A stretch of DNA of 64,000 bases from Octopus vulgaris (lineage: Eukaryota). The notes below the pieces were generated by a model. It did no database searches, was not told where the DNA came from, and worked only from the letters and a program-made list of their open reading frames with translations. Where the stretch lies: the NCBI GenBank assembly GCA_951406725.2, contig OX597836.1, forward strand, positions 40,176,001 to 40,240,000, in the 5' to 3' direction. Numbering within the stretch: position 1 is the stretch's first letter; each line of letters opens with the position of its first letter. The position numbers were made by a program, and so were the translations under genes. This document shows, piece by piece, positions 41,950 through 55,558 of this stretch.

Positions 41950-42130
41950 TTACTCACTACATATTTTTTCTCTCCTTGTTTCTCTCCTTGTTTTTTCTGT
42001 GTCCCTTTCTGTAGAAGAGCGTAGGCTCAAAACGTAAAAGACTTTTCTATTCCTGAGCGTTATACTAATACATCTGTTTGCTTTGTACACCACCTGTCTT
42101 CGTCTTTTGTTTTTTTCGTAAACTCTCCCT
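41950..42130 (+). mobile_element. Family H copy 3 (hammerhead motif at about 42005-42042, G12 mutated)
   Basis: ctttctgtagaagagcgtaggctcaaaacgtaaaag. Confidence 0.65.
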
Positions 42131-42419
42131 ATATATGTATACATGTATGTATGTATGTTTCTGTGTTTGTCGCCCACCAATCCCTAGACCATCGGAGCTG
42201 GTTTGTTTACGTTCTTGTAACTGGCCGTTTCGGCAAAACGGTGCAATATAATATTAGCAGACGGTAACACGTAATTACAGGAGTTGATTTGTTCGACTAA
42301 ACTCTTCGAGACGATGCTGCAGCATGGCCACTGCAGTTCAGTTAACTAAGACCGATAATAGATAAACAATTAAAAGCTACATGTAACTTATTATACATGC
42401 AAGTATAACTGATATATAT

Positions 42420-42654
42420 ACTCTTTGACTCTTTCACTTGTTTCAGTCATCTGACTGTGACCATGCTGGAGCACCGCCTTTAGTCGAGCAAATCAACCCA
42501 GGACTTATTCTTTGTAAGCCTAGTATTTATCCTATCGTTCTTTTGCCTAACAGCTAAGTTACGGGGACGTAAACACACCAGCATCGGTTGTCAAGCGATG
42601 TTGGGGGACAAACAGAGACACAAACATATACACACACATACATACATATATATG

Positions 42655-42699
<45 letters not shown>

Positions 42700-43254
42700 G
42701 TAGGATAAAATATTTTTCGAAAAATGTTTTCGAATAAAATTTTATCGAATGAAATTTTATCAATGGCCAGCATATTAAAAAATACCTTTAAAGGTTAAAT
42801 TTATAAACAACTTATAAATAAGGGCAAACGAAAAAAATGTTCTAATGCCAAATATGCCGAAATGAAACACATAGTCCATAACAATATAATTTATCACAAT
42901 ACGCAGGTTACTCGAAAAAGTAGAATTTTTTTAGAACGTTTTAGAAATTTCTGTCGACCTTTTTCGAGCAGCGTGCGTATTGTGATAAATTATATGGTTG
43001 TGGACTATGTGTCTAATTTCGGCATATTTGGCATTAGAACATTTTTCGTTTGCCCTTATTTATAAGTTGTTTATATATATATACATATATACGACGGGCT
43101 TCTTTCAGTTTCCGTCTACCAAATCCACTCACAAGGCTTTGGTCGGCCCGAAGTTATAGTAGAAGACACTTGCCCAAGGTGCCACGCAGTGGGACTGAAC
43201 CAGGAACCCTGTTGTTAGTAAGCAAGCTACTTACCACACAGCCACTCCTATGCC
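42420..43254 (-). mobile_element. SINE family B split at its internal (TA)n by an insertion
   Basis: 3' half 42420-42660, 5' half 43076-43254. Confidence 0.85.
42802..43075. mobile_element. Foldback/MITE with about 120-bp terminal inverted repeats
   Basis: 42802-42920 is the reverse complement of 42959-43075 with a few mismatches. Confidence 0.85.
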
Positions 43255-44132
43255 TATATGCTCAATAGTTTCTAATAATTGTAGTGCTTGTGTGGTTTTC
43301 CTTACATACATACACGTACAACTTAGCAACTCAAACAACATTGTAATTCAACGTGATAGAAAAGCTGAAAAATCTTCCATAAATCAAACCATATGTTCTT
43401 CGAAAGGGAATAAACATATTCGATAATGTACCCCTACATAACATTAAATCGATGTAATGATTCGGATGTCATCGTCATAGGGTGCTTTTTCTCTCTTTTT
43501 TTTTTTTTTTTTTCATCGATTTCGGGTTGACCTGGTGCTTAACAACGATAAATACAAAATCGAACATTCTGCAATGATGTTCAATATTTTCGAAACGGGA
43601 GAGAAACGAAGAGATATGGAGAGAGAGAGAGGGAGTCAGACGAACATTACGTTCGGTCATCCGTGATATTACCCAACCAAACACTCCTTATTAAATCAAT
43701 TTATTTACTCGTCTAAAATCCTGTATTTTCACCGATATTCAACGGTTTGTGACAACATGATTGTTGCCAAGATTTCAAGAATTTCCAGATATGTTCTAAT
43801 GGCGGACTTAAAGTGATATTACATCCCATAAATACTTAAACGTGATTCGCGTTCCGAAGCGATATCTTTTCCTTTAAACAGCTGCATTCCATTTAAGGAC
43901 GTCACTTTAAATATATTAAGGTATCGATAATATTACTTGCATATGTGACCTGCAGGTAGTTAAGGGAACTGGTCGAAGTTGATGAGGGCAATCAATTGTC
44001 GAAAGCTTCAAGTAGCCTACGTTTTATTTTCAAACATTTCATTTCAGCGATGGGAAATACAGGTTTGTATACTGGGTCGCTCTAGTTCTCATCTCATCTC
44101 ATAAAGCCCACTCAAATATATATATATACATC

Positions 44133-44167
<35 letters not shown>

Positions 44168-44194
44168 GCACATATATGTATATATATGTATACA

Positions 44195-44378
44195 CGCATT
44201 TTTTTCTTCCTTGTTTCTCTCCGTGCTTCTTTTTTGTGTATCTTTCTGTTGAAGAGCGTAGGCTCGAAACGTAAAAGACTTGTTTTATTTATATTCCTGA
44301 GCGCCATACTAATACAATTGTTTGTTTGTATTCCACCTGCCTTCGTCTTTTGTTTATTTTCATAAAGCTTTCCGTTAT
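44195..44378 (+). mobile_element. Family H copy 4, best-preserved minimal hammerhead motif at 44241-44278
   Basis: UCUUU-CUGUUGA-A-GAGC-GUAG-GCUC-GAAA-CG-UA-AAAGA. Confidence 0.75.
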
Positions 44379-44537
44379 ATATATGTACATATAGATAGAT
44401 ATATATTTGTATATATATATACACATATATACTTATATATAAGTATATATATGTATATATATACATATATATATGCATATATATACATATATAAGTATAT
44501 ATATGTATATATATACATATAAATATGTATGTATGTA

Positions 44538-44621
<84 letters not shown>

Positions 44622-44876
44622 TATGTGTATGTGTATGTGTGTAGTTCAAATTTACAGAAAACCAAAAGACGAAAACTGGTGTAGGAACAACAAACAGTGT
44701 AGAGTTCAGCGGTCCACCATGGCGTATGACGGGAAAAGAAGAGGTTGTATGAAAGCGGGATAATAATGATAATGCCAACGAGCCAAGGTGCGCGATCGTG
44801 TGTATGGATATGAGAATGATACATTATATATACACGCACAGACATATATATATATGTATATATATGTGTATATATA

Positions 44877-44918
<42 letters not shown>

Positions 44919-44949
44919 AATGTATTATTCTATTCTTTAATTATTTTCC

Positions 44950-45150
44950 GTTTTTCAGTCATTTGATTGTGGTCATGCTGGAGCACCGCCTCAAAGAGTG
45001 TTAGTCGAAGAAATCGACCCCAGGACTTATTCTTTGTATGCCTAGTACTTATTCTATCGGTCTCTCTTGCTGAACCGCTTCGTGACGGGAACGTAAACGC
45101 ACCTGCGTCGATTGTCAAGCGATGGCGGCGGGGACAAACACAGACTCAGA
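44950..45150 (-). mobile_element. SINE family B 3' half
   Basis: tttcagtcatttga...catgctggagcaccgcc. Confidence 0.8.
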
Positions 45151-45185
45151 CAGAAATATACATACATACATACATACATACATAC

Positions 45186-45310
45186 ATGATGATGATGGCC
45201 GTCCACTCGTGACCGTGGAAGACCATTGCCGACCTTCAGGAACATTGTGCGTCTAGGACTAACTGATATTTTACATTTGCGGCTCCGTTGGTGGCTAATG
45301 AGCCACCAGT
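45186..45310 (-). mobile_element. Probable RTE-type LINE 3' tail fragment
   Basis: Minus strand ends ggtcacgagtggacggcc(atc)n. Confidence 0.4.
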
Positions 45311-45330
45311 GTACATACACGCATACATAC

Positions 45331-45390
<60 letters not shown>

Positions 45391-45424
45391 GTGATGGATT
45401 ATGGTAGACGGGGAAGCCTTTATG

Positions 45425-45454
<30 letters not shown>

Positions 45455-45462
<8 letters not shown>

Positions 45463-45635
45463 GCTGTGTGTCCCCCTAGCATTGCTTGACAACCGATGCT
45501 GGTGCGTTTACGTCCCCGTCACTTGGCGCTCGGAAATATAGAATAAAACAAGTCTTACAAAGAATAAGTCCGGGTCGTTGCTCGACTAAAGGCGGTGCTC
45601 AGCATGGCCGCAGTCAAATGACTGAAACAAGAAAG
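45455..45635 (+). mobile_element. SINE family B 3' half
   Basis: tccccctagcattgcttgacaaccgatg...gactgaaacaag. Confidence 0.85.
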
Positions 45636-45650
45636 TAAAGCGTAAACAGC

Positions 45651-45694
<44 letters not shown>

Positions 45695-45715
45695 TACATA
45701 TATATACATATATAT

Positions 45716-45875
45716 ATAACGGGAAGCAGAAAATAGACAAAAGACGAAGGAGGTGGAAAACAAACGAACAATTGTATTAGTATGGCGCTCAGGAAATATA
45801 AATAAAACAAGTCTTTAACGTTTCGAGCCTACGCTCTTCAACAGAAAGATAAACACAGAAAGAGAGAGAAAAAAT
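45716..45875 (-). mobile_element. Family H copy 5 (hammerhead motif 45812-45849)
   Basis: Minus: tctttctgttgaagagcgtaggctcgaaacgttaaagac. Confidence 0.75.
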
Positions 45876-45885
45876 AGATATATAC

Positions 45886-45960
<75 letters not shown>

Positions 45961-45964
45961 TAAG

Positions 45965-46429
<465 letters not shown>

Positions 46430-46502
46430 TGTGTGTGTGTTTCTGTGTGTGTGTGTGTGTGTGTGTATGTATATATTGATATATATATACATATATATAT
46501 AT

Positions 46503-46768
46503 AACCACTTTTCATCAATTCCAAATGAACAATTAAATTACACCATCTAGAAAATTACATATAATAGAAATATTAAAATTAAAATAACAATAAAATGTAA
46601 TTAAGTAAATTGCAAAAAAATAATAATAAAAACGTATATAATTATTATTTTTTGCAATTTACTTAATCATTGACATTTTATTGTTATTTTAATTTTAATA
46701 TTTCTATTATATGTAATTTTCTAGATGGTGTAATTTAATTGTTCATTTTGAATTGATAAAAAGTGTTT
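46503..46768. repeat. About 265-bp AT-rich near-perfect palindrome
   Basis: Arms 46503-46627 and 46641-46768. Confidence 0.9.
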
Positions 46769-47002
46769 TTTATCTAATTTTATATATATATATATTATAT
46801 TGTGTGAAACTTGATTTAGTATTTCTAAATTGAATTTTTTTCCTTGTAAGTTTGGATTTTATTCCCTCAAATAATAATTATATATATATAATTATTATTT
46901 GAGGGAATAAAATTCAAACTTCGGAAGGATATTGAAGAGCTGTGGGTCTCGGAAGCCCAGGCTATCACAGTATCTTGTCCTACATATGGATGGCAAATTT
47001 GG

Positions 47003-47127
47003 AGTCAGAAGGAAACTAATCCCCTTCCTTGAAGAAAATGACTTGCTGCCTGACACCCAACATGGTTTCCGACCAGGAAGAAGCTGCTTAACTCAGCTCC
47101 TACAACACTATGACTGGGTGCTGAAAC

Positions 47128-47130
<3 letters not shown>
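47003..47130 (+). mobile_element. CR1/L2-type LINE RT fragment
   Basis: RRKLIPFLEENDLLPDTQHGFRPGRSCLTQLLQHYD (QHGFRPGRSC motif). Confidence 0.85.
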
Positions 47131-47168
<38 letters not shown>

Positions 47169-48049
47169 CACACACATATATATGCGTGTGTGTGTGTGTG
47201 TACACACACATATATATGTAGAGAGAGCGACAGACAGACAATCGGACAAATAGACAGTCAGAAAGTGAAGTTTCTCTTTTAAAATTGGGCAAAATGGAAT
47301 TCAGTACATAGATCATACATATGTATACATAATACACTCAAACACACACACACACACACACATGATTCTGATATGGGTAACTTTAGTACAAAATGTCGGT
47401 TGTTAATTTGATACGAGAGACCTACATTTACCTGTCTGTGTATAGGTATATGTGCGTGTGTGTGTGTATACAGGTATGTGTGGGCTAGTGATTGTGCGCG
47501 AGTATATATATCCATGTGCATGACACAGTCAGCAAGTGAGACAGAAAGAGCGGCGCCGGGAGCATAGTGAAAGTGAAACTAAGACACAGAAGATTCTCAT
47601 GTCACCGTTTCACTGTCATTTTAAATATTCTCACCGAATCTCATCATTTATATTTCTTTCATATCTTCTTCCTGTTATTGGTTTTCTTTGACTGTCGTGT
47701 TTTTGCTTCTTTTTTGTTGTTGTTGTTGTTGCTGTTGTTGTTTTTCATATTATTGTCTTCTTTTTGTTTTGTTTTTTTGGGAGGGTGGAGTGGCGGGGTA
47801 GGGTGGGTGGAGAGATTTTTTCAACTTTACATATCCGCTTAGTTCTACTCTATTTTCCGTCACTTCTTTGACTCTCTCTGTCTCTGTCTCTGTTTGTCTG
47901 TCTGTCTCTCTCTCTCTTCTTTTCTCTCTCTCTAACACTCTCTGTCCCTGTCTTCCTCACTCACTCACTCCCTCCTCTCATTCTTTCTCTGTTTATTTCG
48001 AAGTATGTAAATATAAATGCATGCGTAAATATATATATATATTATATTA

Positions 48050-48813
48050 ACAGCCCTTCTTGTCTTGTTATTCTCCTTGTCCTGTCTTTTACTGTTTATA
48101 TTTTGTACTGACGTTACTGTCCTGTGTTTGCTACTATTTTTACCCCTCTGCAAAAGATCTCAAATTTTATTTGATTTGCTTTTCGCAGAAGGAAAGTTTC
48201 TATCGAAGATGCGTATCGCCTTCACCTTCGAAACGCAGAGTAGATGAAACCATGGCGACTGAAGAAGGATATTTTTCCTTGTGTATTTGTCCTGTACTCT
48301 ATTTTTTGTTGTCTAAGAAAAATGTCCAGTTCCTTGTTTTTGTGTTTATGTTTCCGTTTCTCATTGTGTTCGACGTTTTTTTTTTTTTGGTGTCCTGTAC
48401 CCATATATGCGTGTATATATACATGTAGAGGTAGGTACGTACATATATGTATATATATATGCTTATGTTTTATTTATTAATATATATATATATATATATA
48501 TAAAATTCAGGATGAATATTTGATAACTGTAAGCACCTGTATACGCCAGTTGGTGGTGTAGGTGATAGGGTATATTTATCAAAAGAAAAACAGGATGCAA
48601 AGGATTTAGCGGTATATACTTATACACGCACATGTGTGTGTGCGCATGTGTATGTATGTATATCTGCATGTATGCGTATCTGCATGTGTGTATATCTGCA
48701 TGTATGCATATCTGCATGTGTGCATCTACCAAATTCTCTAACCCGTTCAATCATGACTTCAACGTGACATCAAAATTTATTGAATTAAACATTCTCTCAC
48801 TATCTCACTATCT

Positions 48814-48867
<54 letters not shown>

Positions 48868-49128
48868 TTCTCTCTCTCCCTCTCTCTGTATATATATACC
48901 TATTTAGCTGCGCACCAAGGTAACAATCTGGCTCTATACATCTTTCTACTCAACTATCTTTCAATCAGTAAGTGTGTCATATACACACTCTTTCAATGTA
49001 CACACGTGTACGTGTGTATATTCACACCAGGGTATTTTCATATATATATATATATATATATAGATATATAAATACATACACACATACATATACATATATG
49101 TGTGTGTGTATATATATATATATGTGTG

Positions 49129-49198
<70 letters not shown>

Positions 49199-49643
49199 CA
49201 TACACACATACATATACATATATGTGTATGTATATATATATATATATATACTCTTTACTCTTTTACTCTTTTACTTGTTTCAGTCATTTGACTGCGGCCA
49301 TGTGAGCACCGCCTTTAGTCGACAAATCGACCCCGGGACTTATTCTTTGTAAGCCAGTACTTATTCTATCGGTCTCTTTAGCCGAACCGCTAAGTGACGG
49401 GGACGTAAACACACACCAGCATCGGTTGTCACACAGACACACAAACACACACACACATACATATATACATATATATACATATATACGACAGGCTTCTTTT
49501 AGTTTCCGTCTACCAAATCCACTCACAAGGCTTTGGTCGGCCGGGGCTATAGCAGAAGACATTTGCCCAAGATGCCACGCAGTGGATTGAACCAGAACCA
49601 TGTGGTTGGTTAGCAAGCTACTTACCACACAGCCACTCCTGCG

Positions 49644-49723
<80 letters not shown>

Positions 49724-50041
49724 AGTCCTGTATCGCCTTGACCTTCGAAACGTGGAGTAGATGAAACAAAGGCGACTGAAGAAGGGGAATTTTCCTTGTT
49801 TTGTATGTCTTGTACTCTATTTTTTCGTTGTTTAGAAAAATGTCCATTGTTTTCGTTTCTCATTGTGTTCGACGTTTTTTTTTTTTGGTGTCTTGTACCC
49901 ATATATGCATGTATATATACATGTAGAGGTAGGTACGTACATATATGTATGTATATATGCATATGTTTTATTTATTTATTAATTTGTTATATGACGGAAC
50001 GCACGCATCCATTTCTAAGTAAGATTGTTCTTAATATATAT

Positions 50042-50123
<82 letters not shown>

Positions 50124-50227
50124 TACATATATATATCATATATTCGTTTTTCGTTTTTCGTTTTTCTTGTTTCAGCTCAGAGCTGCAGCCATGCTGATGC
50201 ACCATGCACATACGCATATATATGTAA

Positions 50228-50259
<32 letters not shown>

Positions 50260-51172
50260 CTTTGTGTGTATACATATATACATAGAACGCCCACACACAT
50301 ACACACACACACACACACACACTCATGCTGTGTGATGGATCGGGTTAACGTAAAAGTTAATGTAACGCTAAAAGGCACCAGGAGTATGAATACATTAACT
50401 TATTTTACTAATGCCCCTATTCTGATGTGTATGTCTGTGTTTGTGTGTGTGTGTGCGTGTGTGTGTGTATGTAAGATGTAATAATGAAGACAAACAAAAT
50501 AAGAATATTTTGAATCGTCAATACGTCCATTTCTTGTCTGTGCAATAGTCATTGAAAAGGTTACAAGCAGCAACGAAAGAATCTTGACAAACAAAAACAA
50601 AACAAATTAAACAATCGCTTGACTCATAATAAAAGAGTGCAACCGGACCAGCGCGTGTGTAAATTATACTGGCATAATGACTCTCCCTAGACACAACAAA
50701 ATTTGTTTCAGCACACAAAATACCTCGTTTGTTTTCTTGTTTATTTTGATTTCTCGTATTGTATTTTCTTTTTATTTCTCATTTTGTATTTTATTGTGCA
50801 GTTTTATCGTTACGTCCTGTTTGTGTTACATTTTTTTCTTGCTTGTTTTTACCCCTCTGCGAGGTAATTTTATTTTAATTCTCTCGCAGGAAGGCCTAGT
50901 TTTGACGAGTCGTGTCCTGTCTTGCCTTCGAAACACGCTTGAGTCTAACTAGCGACAGCTGATGATTGGGGATTTTTCCTTGTGTAGCATTTCCTGTACT
51001 TTGTTTTTCTGTTGTAAAAAAATGGCTTTCCCGTTTTCGTTTCTCGTTGAGTTTTACGTCTAGTTGTGGTGTCCTGTACTCACGTATATATATTTATATA
51101 TGCATGTATATATACATGTAGATGTAGGTACGTATATATATGTTTGTATGTATGCATATATTTTATTTATTG

Positions 51173-51175
<3 letters not shown>
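48050..51175 (+). mobile_element. Three copies of a TA-associated Penelope-like terminal repeat (about 48050-48480, 49725-49985, 50760-51175)
   Basis: Shared ccttcgaaac...ctga.ga..gg...ttttccttgt...tatatatacatgtaga.gtaggtacgta. Confidence 0.6.
49250..49646 (-). mobile_element. SINE family B
   Basis: Full head and tail with small deletions. Confidence 0.88.
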
Positions 51176-51221
<46 letters not shown>

Positions 51222-51899
51222 TATCTGTGCGTGTATGTATGTATTATGTATGTGTATGTACACACCTTCACCAATCAACCTTGTCACCGTAACCTAGTAC
51301 TCTGTTCACCATCTTCTCTTAAAAAAAAAAGATAGAAAAAAAAAAGAAAACAGTCAACTGTTGTCACGTTGGTGTCATCATTTCTCGGCTCAGATGAACC
51401 TCGTCTAAGGAACGAACACTTTCATTGATCTTTTTTACAACAACAACAACAGCTGCTCCATATCATGTTTTTGTTCGTCTTATTAGTGGTGGTGGCGGCG
51501 GCGGCGGCTGTTGTGGTGGGGGAAGAGCGTAGTGGCAGTGGGGGTGCATAGCATGATCATTTAAACTTACTGTGCCGCCTTATCTGGATCACAAGATGCA
51601 CGTCTGTTGCATCCTTTCTACGTGTGTCTGTGTGTGTCAGGCTCTGTGTAGTACGTAGGTCCCGTGTGTTTGATTGTTTGATTGCCTGCGTGTGTGTGTG
51701 CGTGTGTTTTATAGTGTGTGTTGTGTGAGTGTATTTGTGTGTGCGTGTGTGTGTGTGAATGCGTATGCTTGTGTCACCGTGTGTGTGTGTGTGTCTCTAC
51801 GTGTGTGTATACTGCTGTGCTAAATGTGGGGAGGTGGGGGCAAGTTCAAAGCAGCATCAGTTGTCTCAACATTTTATAAATATCGAAATGGATGTGCGT

Positions 51900-51915
51900 A
51901 ATAATGATTATGATA

Positions 51916-51955
<40 letters not shown>

Positions 51956-52053
51956 CGACAACAACAATAATAATAAAAGTAACAACAACAATAATAATAA
52001 TAATAATAGTAACAATAATAATAATAATAATAATAATGATAATAATAATAATA

Positions 52054-52096
<43 letters not shown>

Positions 52097-52137
52097 GTAA
52101 CAATAATAATAACAGTAACAATAATAATAATAGTAAC

Positions 52138-52172
<35 letters not shown>

Positions 52173-52354
52173 TAATAATAATAATAATAACAATAATAAT
52201 AATGATAATAATAATAATAATAAAAATAATAATGATAATAATAAAAATAATAATGATAATAATAAATGAATAAATGAAAATAGGGATAAGGTATACATAT
52301 ATTTACACGCACATATATGTATCTATATACGAATAAGAATATATATATATATAT

Positions 52355-52407
<53 letters not shown>

Positions 52408-52491
52408 ATATGTATGTATATATATATATATATATATATACAGATGTATATATATCATAATATATATATATGTATGTACATATATATATAT

Positions 52492-52546
<55 letters not shown>

Positions 52547-52580
52547 TATACATGCATGTGCACGCACATATATGCATATA
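51900..52580. repeat. (AAT)n, (TG)n, (TA)n microsatellites
   Basis: Direct inspection. Confidence 0.95.
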
Positions 52581-52882
52581 TGTATATGAGAGGAAAGGCA
52601 AAGAAAGGGACATGTGATCTTTTTTTGTGAAATAAGAAGTCAGTGAGTTCATTAGTCACATGACACCCGATATAATAATAACTACAACTGCTGTTATATT
52701 AACATTACACCTTCTTCTGCAGCTCTCCATCTTATTGAAGTCACTGTTCTGTTCCAACGTCTGCTTTGTCAATCTCAATACTAATTACGTACTGTGTAAC
52801 ATTACCATATGTTTCGCCATCAAATTTCACTTCAGATCAGTACACCTTACCCTCAACGCTACTTTCAATGCCGTTCTCAATA

Positions 52883-53096
52883 CCTATTTCTTTACTACCC
52901 ACAAGGAGCTAAACACAGAGGGGACAAACAAGGACAGACAAACGGATTAAGTCGATTATATCGACCACAGTGCATAACTGGTACTTATTTAATCGACCCC
53001 GAACGGATGAAAGGCAAAGTCGACCTCGGCGGAATTTGAACTCAGAACGTAGCGACGGGTGAAACACCGCTAACCATTTCGCCCGGCGTGCTAACG
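52883..53096 (-). mobile_element. SINE family A
   Basis: Homology to 3951-4176. Confidence 0.88.
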
Positions 53097-53104
53097 TCAT
53101 CGTC

Positions 53105-53519
53105 TTTTCTTCTTCTTCTTCTTCTTCTTCTTCTTCTTCTTCTTCTTCTTCTTCTTCTTCTTCTTCTTCTTCTTCTTCTTCTTCATCATCATCATCATTA
53201 TCATCGACGGTGTCGTGATCTCTCCTTCTTCTTTCTTCTTCTTCTTCTTCTTCTTCTTCTTCTTCTTCTTCTTCTTTTTCTTCTTCTTCTTCTTTCTTTC
53301 TTCTTCTTCTTCTTCATCATCATCCTCATCATCATTATCATCATCATTATTATCAATGTTGGCCTAACAATGGCGCTAGTCGTCGCTATAGATACATGCG
53401 GCTTCTGCACGTAGATTAAATTGTAGCATTCGGAAGTCTTAGATCATAAAACCGGAAGTTTTACATCATGCAACACAAACAGATTTTATATTTCGATACA
53501 AAAGAACATAGGCCATAGA

Positions 53520-53607
<88 letters not shown>

Positions 53608-53640
53608 GATAATGATAATAATAATAATGATAATAATAAT

Positions 53641-53693
<53 letters not shown>

Positions 53694-53767
53694 GATAATG
53701 ATAATAATAATAATGATGATACTCTTTTACTCTCTTTTACTCTTTTACTCTTTTATATGATGATGAT

Positions 53768-53822
<55 letters not shown>

Positions 53823-53895
53823 GATAATGATAATAATAATGATAACGATAATGATAATAATAATGATGATGATGATGATAATAATAATAATAATG

Positions 53896-53968
<73 letters not shown>

Positions 53969-54026
53969 TAATAATAATAATAATTTAAAATAATAATAAT
54001 AATGACGACGACGATGATGGTGGTGG

Positions 54027-54094
<68 letters not shown>

Positions 54095-54095
54095 C
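53105..54095. repeat. (CTT)n, (AAT)n, (GAT)n microsatellites around a short unique island
   Basis: Direct inspection. Confidence 0.93.
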
Positions 54096-54699
54096 TGAAA
54101 AGTTAGGAAATCCCACAAAGACTTTGCCGTTGAATTAAAAACAATGGAATCTAAAGAATGTCTTGTTTGTAATTAATACAGCTAGAATCATGGCTATGGT
54201 TGTGTGGTTACTTGGTTTGTAACTGCTCGGCTACGGGTTCGGTTCTCACTGCGCAGCACCTTGATCAAGCGTTTTTTGGTTTTTTGTTATAGCCAACAAT
54301 CGACTAATGCCTTGTGGGTGAACTTGGTGAACGGAAACTGTGGAAGCTCGTCGTATTTGTGTGTATGTGTGTGTGTGTGTATTTGTGTGTATTTCTGTTT
54401 GTCTGTCTGTCTGTGTGCCTGTGTGTTTTGGGAATGACTTTAAACTACATCCTGGTTCGATATTCCAAGATTCGAAGAATGTGGAACCTTTTAGCCGCTT
54501 TCGTTCCCAGGTCTATTCGAACCCGGAGAGGTATTGTCTCAGCTGAGGTTTAATTTGCATATGAGGGTTTGCCTATCAATGTATATCAAGATTGGATTCA
54601 GCGAGGCCAAACATCCCTGAACGTTTCGTCCAAATCTATCTCGCGGTTCTTGAGATACCTTTCCACGGACAAACAATTATTATTATCATTATTATTATT

Positions 54700-55246
54700 G
54701 AGTGAGAGAGCAGTGCATGCCATCAAAGTGACACTGGGTAAAATATACGAAACCCAGTATACGCATCATGACTACCGGTCTTATATGGGTACCCCAGGTA
54801 CATGTATCACTACCACATGTGCGCGACATAGTGATCTCATGTCAGGATATACAGAGCATGACCTTGCATGTCACTTTGCTTGAATTTTCTTCAGGTCGAA
54901 TAGCCCATTCCGCTCAAAAGGTCCCTGAATAAGGTTTGCTTAAGGATATTGAACTCATGTTTCCAAAGGTGAATTATCCAAACCCCAAAGACTTCCCCTC
55001 AACACATGGCTATGATGCCCACCCACCCCCACTATTTCTGCTCATGATCAGAGGTGCACATATCATCAGCGACTAAGGGACATGCTCAACTGGTTAAGAT
55101 CAAACAACTGACAAGCAAATCTGTGGTATTGAGCAGAATGTTTGCTGTAGCCCATCTTTTATACCAAGACAAAACAATGCACATGATAACACTTCCAATC
55201 AGTTAAGATCAGCAACGAGAGCCACTGCCTGGTACTGTATCAGGGC
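54700..55246 (-). mobile_element. About 550-bp non-coding element inserted in (TAA)n, unclassified retroelement
   Basis: CpG-depleted unique sequence with (TTA)n on both sides; orientation inferred. Confidence 0.45.
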
Positions 55247-55558
55247 ATATTATTATTATTGTTGTTATTGTTTTTGTTGCTGCTGCTGCTGCTATTGTTG
55301 GTATTGTTGTTGTTATTTATTGAAGCCTTGATTAAACGTGCCAAAAATTTGCTACGTGGTTTCTTAATTTTTTCCAAGTATAAACGAAGGAATTAATTTT
55401 CATTTTAGGTTTCATTTTACACATATTCTTTTATTGGATATTTTTTTGGAATCAGCCTTCAACTAGGATTAGACAGGAAAATATTTTATTTTAAATAACT
55501 CTATTTCTGTTGTTTTTTTTGTTTTTTGTTTTTTTGCTTTTCATTGTATATATATATA

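Noticed and set aside
51560-51575. Minus-strand donor CA|GTAAGT
   Set aside because: Isolated motif with no convincing acceptor or ORF upstream
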